Assembly (NCBI RefSeq): GCF_009914755.1
Contig: NC_060931.1
Direction: 5' to 3' (one strand)
From: the human T2T-CHM13v2.0 reference genome, Homo sapiens
DNA: 64,000 nt
Both the position numbers and the translations under genes were made by a program. This document shows, piece by piece, positions 56,073 through 64,000 of this stretch. The notes beneath the pieces were generated by a model that was not told the origin of the DNA, ran no database searches, and worked only from the letters and a program-made list of their open reading frames with translations. Each line of letters starts with the position of its first letter. Within the stretch, counting starts at the first letter, position 1.

Positions 56073-58771
56073 AGAAAATGCTTGAGCAATAAATACATAA
56101 ATAATAATAATGTATAATTTATACTCTGAAATAGCTTATAGGCAATAAAATACAGACTAGAGCTAAATGACATAATTTGAGATATAGACAAAATCTACTA
56201 TGTAATGTCCTAAGCCAGAAGAAACACTGTGTGCTGAAGTTGATTGAGCATTTTTGTGGAAGACCTAAAACTTGAAATGGATCTTGAAGAAATATTCAGT
56301 TTTACAAGCTTATTCTTACTTCAGATAGACATATGGAGAAATGGATCCATTAAAGAAAATTTGGAAAGAAGAGAAGAGATTTAAGGAGGCAAACGTTTCT
56401 TACAGTCCCCCAATCCTTAAATATCCATATGTAACAACCAGGACAAGGTAGCCCATTATCTTGGTTTATTCCATGTATCTCAACCAGAATTTATCCTCCA
56501 TCAGGCACTAATACAGTTTTGAGATGTCTTAAAAATTAAGCACAATTAGGAATAAGAAAACATTTTTAAAATTATAATAACCCTTCTAACGCCAAGTAAA
56601 AACCTATTGCTTGACTTCAGCTTATTGATTTTCTTCTTCTTAGCTTCCTTGTTACCAAGGCAAAAGAGAAAAAGCATTAACTTACATTTCTGCTACTTTC
56701 TGAAGACAAACTTTCTGCTTTATTTATCAGCTTTATCCTGTTACTGAATTCAAATGAGAATGCAGTCAGGAAAACCAGGTAACATAATGGACAATGCATT
56801 TAAATACACATTTTTAAAACATGTAGACATGTTGTCCAAATGGATGAGCGTATACCTCTCAGTTATATTAGTTGCCTGCAAAATTATTATTACTATGTTA
56901 TAATACAGTGTGTGTTTGTTGTCATCCAATGTTCCGGCTTCATCTAGCAAAAAATCATTAAAAATCCATGGTACTGTCAGTGAATGTGTGCATTAGATAG
57001 CCCCTCTCAAATATCACATATCTCAAGTGGACCTTCACCAGGTGCTGGATTGCCATTTATCCATATATGAATTCTCCAGCCTCAGCTTGCAGCACGGAAA
57101 TTCTTCGTGGCTCATTAACATACGGGAGTCTTATGTGTTACACACCAGTCATGCATGAGGAAGAGCTGTCATTCTGATGTGTAAGACTAAAATTTAGCAC
57201 AGTGAACTGCAGGGGAATCTGAAGGACAGGAATTAAAAGTAATGAGATCTCACTTTTCAAACTAAAATAGTCTCCTCCATATTATGGGACATAGAAATCC
57301 AGACTGTCAAACACATGGTCCAGTCAAGGGAAAGTGCTCATCAAATTCTCATTAATTTATTTACTGATTGTACTGACTCAGTCTGAATATAATTGCATAT
57401 TAGTGGATCACAAGAATGAGTAATATATAAAATTCATAGCCGAACAATCTAATAAATTTTCCTGGGACTGTTGTCTATTTAAGTCTCTCAGTATATCCAA
57501 CTACAACAATTTAATTTTCATCTATTTGAGTCTGTGAAGCTTAATTCAAACTGCACTGGCTTTGAATTTTAAAATGGTAGTGATTGCAACCAATATATTT
57601 CTCTGAAAGGAGAACCAATCTAGGGCTTTGATAAAATGCTGTCTATTCTCCCCCTCAACCCTAGACCACAGGGCGGGGGCAGGCATTTCTCCTTCACGCT
57701 GTTGAAGGGTGGAACTTTTCAAGAACGCGGGAGAAGTCAGAGCCAGTTTTTGAACACATAGTAAGGGTGCTGATTGGAGGGTCATTTCTTCTCAAGAAAA
57801 TTACTCACAAAGCTGCTTTATTGGGGTGGTTTGTTTAAATATTTTTTTCTTTCTTTCTCTCAATTGCTTATGTCCTGAGAAATGAACTTGACGCAGAAAC
57901 CAGGGCTGTAGATACTAGTGACTACCTCCTTTATCCAGGGTGGCTTTTGCTGTGTAATCTTTCTCTGTCCATCTTCCTGTGCTCTAGGAATCCTGTCTCC
58001 TCAGATGTTCCTACGAAGAAGTAAACTATCTCGAAGAAGTAAACTATCTCTGAGAAGTCTCAATGTTGAACTTTATTCTGGAGAGACAGGAAAGGCCTAT
58101 AATTAGAGCAATGCTTGAGTTTATATCTACTGTCTGACAAATTGACTTTACTATAAATTAGCTAAATTCCAAAACCATTTTCAGAAATAAAAATATCTTC
58201 CAAATTTAAAATGAGTTGTAAATGTATATTAAGATTAATTAAACATCCTTTGTATTGTTTTTATACATATTTTAAAAGTAACATGGGCAGAGTAATTATG
58301 TCTGGAACATGCTCACTTCTCTGGGTACTGAGGTCCTAGTGATCGCAGAACAAATTCTGCTAAGTGAACAATATTCTCAGTTTTCTTTATTTTTGCTTAA
58401 TTTATGCTAGATTTTCTAATTTTTTTTTTTACAAAATAAAACACATAAAATTCTTTGGTAAATTAACAAATTTGTATGCTACAGATCATTGACCATTTCC
58501 ATGTTATTCTATTCCACTGCAGAAAATAAATGTATCCATTAAAAATGCTGAGATATTAAAAAGTACAATTATGGAATTTCAAAATTATATTTTTACACTA
58601 TTTGAGGTTGCTCCATTTTATTTATCAGGTTTCTTGCTTTTGAAGGAATAAACTTCAGCCCCTTCTCCTTGCATGGTTTACTTTCAATTACAATTTACTA
58701 AAAGCTATAAAATCTAAAGTTATTCTTGTCATATTGGGTGTTGAAAATTTTTGAATAAAATGATTTGCACC

Positions 58772-59098
58772 TGAGAACATTTAAAATCTAGTCTTTAAGA
58801 AATTTTGAAATATACAATGCATTATTATTAATTATAGTCACCATTCTGTGCAATAGATCACTAAGGCTTATTCTTCCTGGCTAGCCAAAATTTTGTAACC
58901 TTGGATCAACATCTCCCTTTTTCCCATCCACCCTCCTCTCCTGCCTCTGAAAACCACCAAATTGGTAAGTGTATTAGGTGATGGAGATGTTAATTAGCTT
59001 GCTTAAATCATTCCACAATGTAAGCATATATCAAAATATTACATTGTACCCCACAAATACATACAACTATTATTTGTCAACTAAAAATAAAATAAAAA
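58772..59098 (+). mobile_element. Short L1MA 3' end with inversion (58772-58959 reversed, 58960-59098 sense)
   Basis: The reversed piece and the sense piece are adjacent parts of the L1MA 3' UTR; A-rich tail. Confidence 0.8.
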
Positions 59099-59612
59099 TT
59101 TTTGAGAAGACTTGAACCTGACTTTGAAGATCATGTGATCCAAATTTAGAGGCTGAGTTTACTAAAAACTGAGTTTAATGCCATGGCAGGACCCTGAGGT
59201 TGATTTATAGTGAAGTTCTTCAAAGGCTTATGCATTTCTACTATTGGACTGATGATAGACCCAAAGACAGAATGTGGGTGTCACTGGGATCATGTATTTC
59301 ATTGGATTCAACATCAGCTTTTTTTAAACAAGATTTTGTAGTTCAGTTTCTCTCTCTCACTCTTTCCATTCACACACACATACACATTTAAACAAATTGT
59401 AATATTTTACCAATCCAAATAGAAGTTACCATAGTTTTCCTAATTTAGGAAAATATTGTTTTTACATCACTCTGCTCTACCAAAATTTGCAGTGCCACCA
59501 CAAAACCATTTAATAAGTAAATACAAAATATATAAAACTGTTGCCATTTATTTGTAAAGTTCTACTGCTGTTGAAGGAATCAAAGTATTAAGTCATTCCT
59601 TGCTATTTTCTT

Positions 59613-59673
<61 letters not shown>

Positions 59674-59681
59674 TAGAGAGA
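59613..59681. repeat. Compound (AC)n(AG)n(ACAG)n microsatellite
   Basis: Directly visible. Confidence 0.95.
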
Positions 59682-60031
59682 CAAATTTGGAGAAGAAAAT
59701 TATTAACGACGAATTTAGAAGAATAGTTCTCTGATGAAAATAAAAACTGCCCTGCAGAATGAAATGAAAATAGTTTCTGTAACTGTTAAATCATTATTTG
59801 GGGCACAGATCTTTGTGTCCTGCTTTCATGTGGTCCGTGACCTTATTCTGACTTCTGAGACTGGGGCTCTACACTGCCTTCCTGCTAGGGTTTGGAATCT
59901 TGCCTCTGAATCCGAAACCCAGTAGCTGGGATCTCCTAGCAGTTCCAAATCCCCTAACATAAACCACCCATCTGCGTGTTGGAATTGATGCGATTGTTCT
60001 CCATTCCCCTGCTGGGATACCATCCACTCAC

Positions 60032-60456
60032 GGGATTTTCCTTCTCCGTTTTGCCTTGCTAAACCACCACCAACCCTCTAAGGCCCCTTTCTCTGTGATG
60101 ACCATACAATTGCCTCCTGGCCAGCACTCATCTGTCTCCCTCACTCACCCTGTGATAAATCGAGGTGTTGCCTCTCTCCTCCATTAGCCTTATTCCGTTA
60201 AGCTAAGCATCTCCGTTTCCTTCTCACCTAATATGCAATGAAAAGCTGGCATCGTTAGAGGAAGTGGTCAAGAGAAAAATTTGTTAATAATTAATTTGAG
60301 GTATTTGAGGATATAGGTCACCTTTAAAATCTACTTTTCACAAATGCTTTCCCAATTAACTTCACAAGTGATATTTTATATCCTGTCCAGAAAAGTGGGT
60401 TCCAATCTTTGCCAAATAATTCTGGAAGCAAGGGACTTTCTCTAGGGGAGTTCCCC
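60032..60456. promoter_or_regulatory. Candidate NF-kB site cluster
   Basis: GGGATTTTCC 60032-60041, GGGACTTTCT 60432-60441, GGGAGTTCCC 60446-60455; motif evidence only. Confidence 0.3.
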
Positions 60457-61551
60457 TGGTCATTGAGTGATAGTGTAGGTAAAGTTACTTAGTGTCACTG
60501 TGACGGGGACCTGGCGAGCTGGCAGGACCAAGGGGGTTTCTCTCGTTCCTGACATGATTGTTAGAGCTGTAGCAGGATCCCAGTCTCATGGACCCAGGAT
60601 GAATGGCAGGCTCCCGGCAATGGATTAAACCAATAAGACAGAGACCCAGCAAACAGAAGGACTTGGATTTAAGGGTGTTTCAGAGTTTAAAAAACACATT
60701 CATAAACATGTGGAAGCCTCCCATACAAGGGATAAGGCACAATGCATTTATTAGGAACAATAAGTAAGGTCAAATCAGACAGCCATGGTGTCAAGACCGG
60801 GGCTCCTAGTCCAAAGCTGATTGAGGATATTACTCCAGGCCAAACAGACTTAGGGATAGTTGGAGGATGGTTTATTGAGATTATCAGAAAGAAAGACCAC
60901 TCCCAAAGCAACTCATATTCCCTTGGGAGCCTCCTCTCTTGAGTAAAGAAGCGGAGAAGGCGTTCCAGCCTGGGGTTTATTTGAAGGGAACAGCTTGAGT
61001 AAGCTCAGAGAAGAGAGAAGCTTCTCAGAAGGGGGTTGGATCCTCCCCACTCCCAGACTGTGAGTCTCATACCTGTTATTTTTAGCAGGAAGAAATTGGA
61101 GACCTGAGCATCAGGTAGAAGTCTAAGCTGGAGCCCAGTTGAGCAGTGTGGAGAAGAGGAAGGAGGAGACGAGGTTCTCCAAGCAGTTATTCTGGAAGGA
61201 GAGGATGCACTTTGGTTCATTTTGGTGTGAGGGATGGGGCACTGAATGCAAGTGGAAAAGGATGATGGGTATAATGGGCTCACAAAGAAAGGCAGATCCT
61301 CGCATTTCTTTTAGACAATAAATGACACTTTTCTTCTGGAGGACATAAATCCAAGAGAAACTGCATTCCAACATGTGAATAAAAATGTTCCCAGGCTCAA
61401 AGGCTCTTACAGTACTCAGCATGCAACAAAACTCCGGAGAAGAAAGGGCCCGCCTTCTGAAACTGCTGATGGAGCACAGAAGAGAGATGGAGCAATAGGA
61501 GGACCTTGATTTAGACAGAAAAGAGGCTTCATCCTTCGGGTCCGTCCTTAC

Positions 61552-61586
61552 CATTGCTGAGAAAGCAAGACATTGTGGTTGTTCCA
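61552..61586 (-). other. Candidate 35-nt internal exon of an unidentified minus-strand transcript
   Basis: Minus strand reads ttgtttattcttctttccttgtgtgcag|TGGAACAACCACAATGTCTTGCTTTCTCAGCAATG|gtaagg, in non-repeat DNA. Confidence 0.4.
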
Positions 61587-61885
61587 CTGCACACAAGGAA
61601 AGAAGAATAAACAAATTCAAGAACAAAATAAATCTACATGCGATGCTGTCATGCAGGTGACGACGTCCCTGTTTTCACTTACTTACTAACGTCCCTGTCT
61701 TGTTAATGTGACCATCCCTCAACTAGTTTTGGCAATTTAAGAGAGATCATAGCATCTAAAAATCTGGGCGTTAGAGGGAGACCGTGTGTCTTCATTTACC
61801 AGCCCCTCCACTGATTACCTGGGCCACTATGGGCAAGTTACTTCACATCTTAGAAACATTTCTTCCTCTATAAAATGAATATAAG

Positions 61886-63038
<1,153 letters not shown>

Positions 63039-63057
63039 GAACATAAGACCTTTTTGA

Positions 63058-63241
63058 CTTGCTAGGTTTAGTAAATAAAAATACAGGATAACCTGTTAAA
63101 TTACTATTGTAGATAAGATACAGATCCTTTTATGTACGGCTCTGTCCCAAATATTGCATGGGGCATAATTATACTATTTATTTGTTGTTTATTTGAAATT
63201 TAAATGTAATTGGGTGTTCTGTGTTTAATCTGGCAACCCTA
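63058..63241. mobile_element. MER53 palindromic MITE
   Basis: aaataaaaatacagga...tgtcccaaatattgcatggggcat...atctggcaacccta. Confidence 0.8.
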
Positions 63242-63599
63242 ACAAAGTTTCATTTATCATCCTAAATAATTCCCATCATGAAATGCTAACATATTGTGTG
63301 GGTATAGTAAGCATTAAAATATTAATTACCATTGTTTTCATTCTATAAAGATGATCTAGAACAAACTACATATACAGTAAGTTAGGGAATTGAGGCTTAC
63401 AAAGTATATGCTACTTACCTGAGATCATGCACACAGGTTTTTTTTTGTTTTTTTTTTTTAAATTTCATTAGTGATAAAACTGAGACCTCTAGCCTCCTCA
63501 CTGCTGATTTTTCTACAGCATCTAGGTCAATCATCCTGGTGAATGGGAAATCCATCCATAGCAGTCCTTTAATTATGCCTTCCCTGGGCCTAATGCTGT

Positions 63600-64000
<401 letters not shown>

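Noticed and set aside
61123-61626. 167-aa ORF with signal-peptide-like N-terminus
   Set aside because: Non-ATG start; the hydrophobic stretch is just the translated polypyrimidine tract; no homology recognised.
63058-63241. miR-1302-like hairpin from MER53
   Set aside because: The arms are diverged, and only the seed-like ttgggaca remains on the minus strand.

Overview
Primate (human-like) non-coding genomic DNA dominated by interspersed repeats. It contains about 10 Alus, several L1s (one full-length L1MA-type and three twin-primed or inverted copies), three THE1 proviruses plus a solo LTR, MST/MLT1/MLT2 LTRs, a full-length Tigger1, MER DNA-transposon remnants, and L2/L3/MIR relics. I found no credible protein-coding gene, RNA gene or CRISPR array: the ORFs in the track are decayed transposon frames, repeat read-throughs or chance ORFs. 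Subfamily names come from my recollection of the consensus sequences, not from a search. The clearest structure not explained by repeat annotation is a set of local template-copying events. (1) A 153-bp patchwork (50648-50800) is stitched from three separate downstream segments and sits at the start of a ~2.9-kb AT-rich compound VNTR inside an MLT2A LTR. (2) A 77-bp near-perfect ectopic copy lies at 19611-19687. (3) A 43-bp fold-back duplication lies in L1 at 29262-29354. Also notable are a 12-13-bp minisatellite born inside an old MLT1 LTR, a well-formed 35-nt minus-strand candidate exon (61552-61586), and a nearby NF-kB site cluster. I cannot support a claim of a new gene-encoded system.
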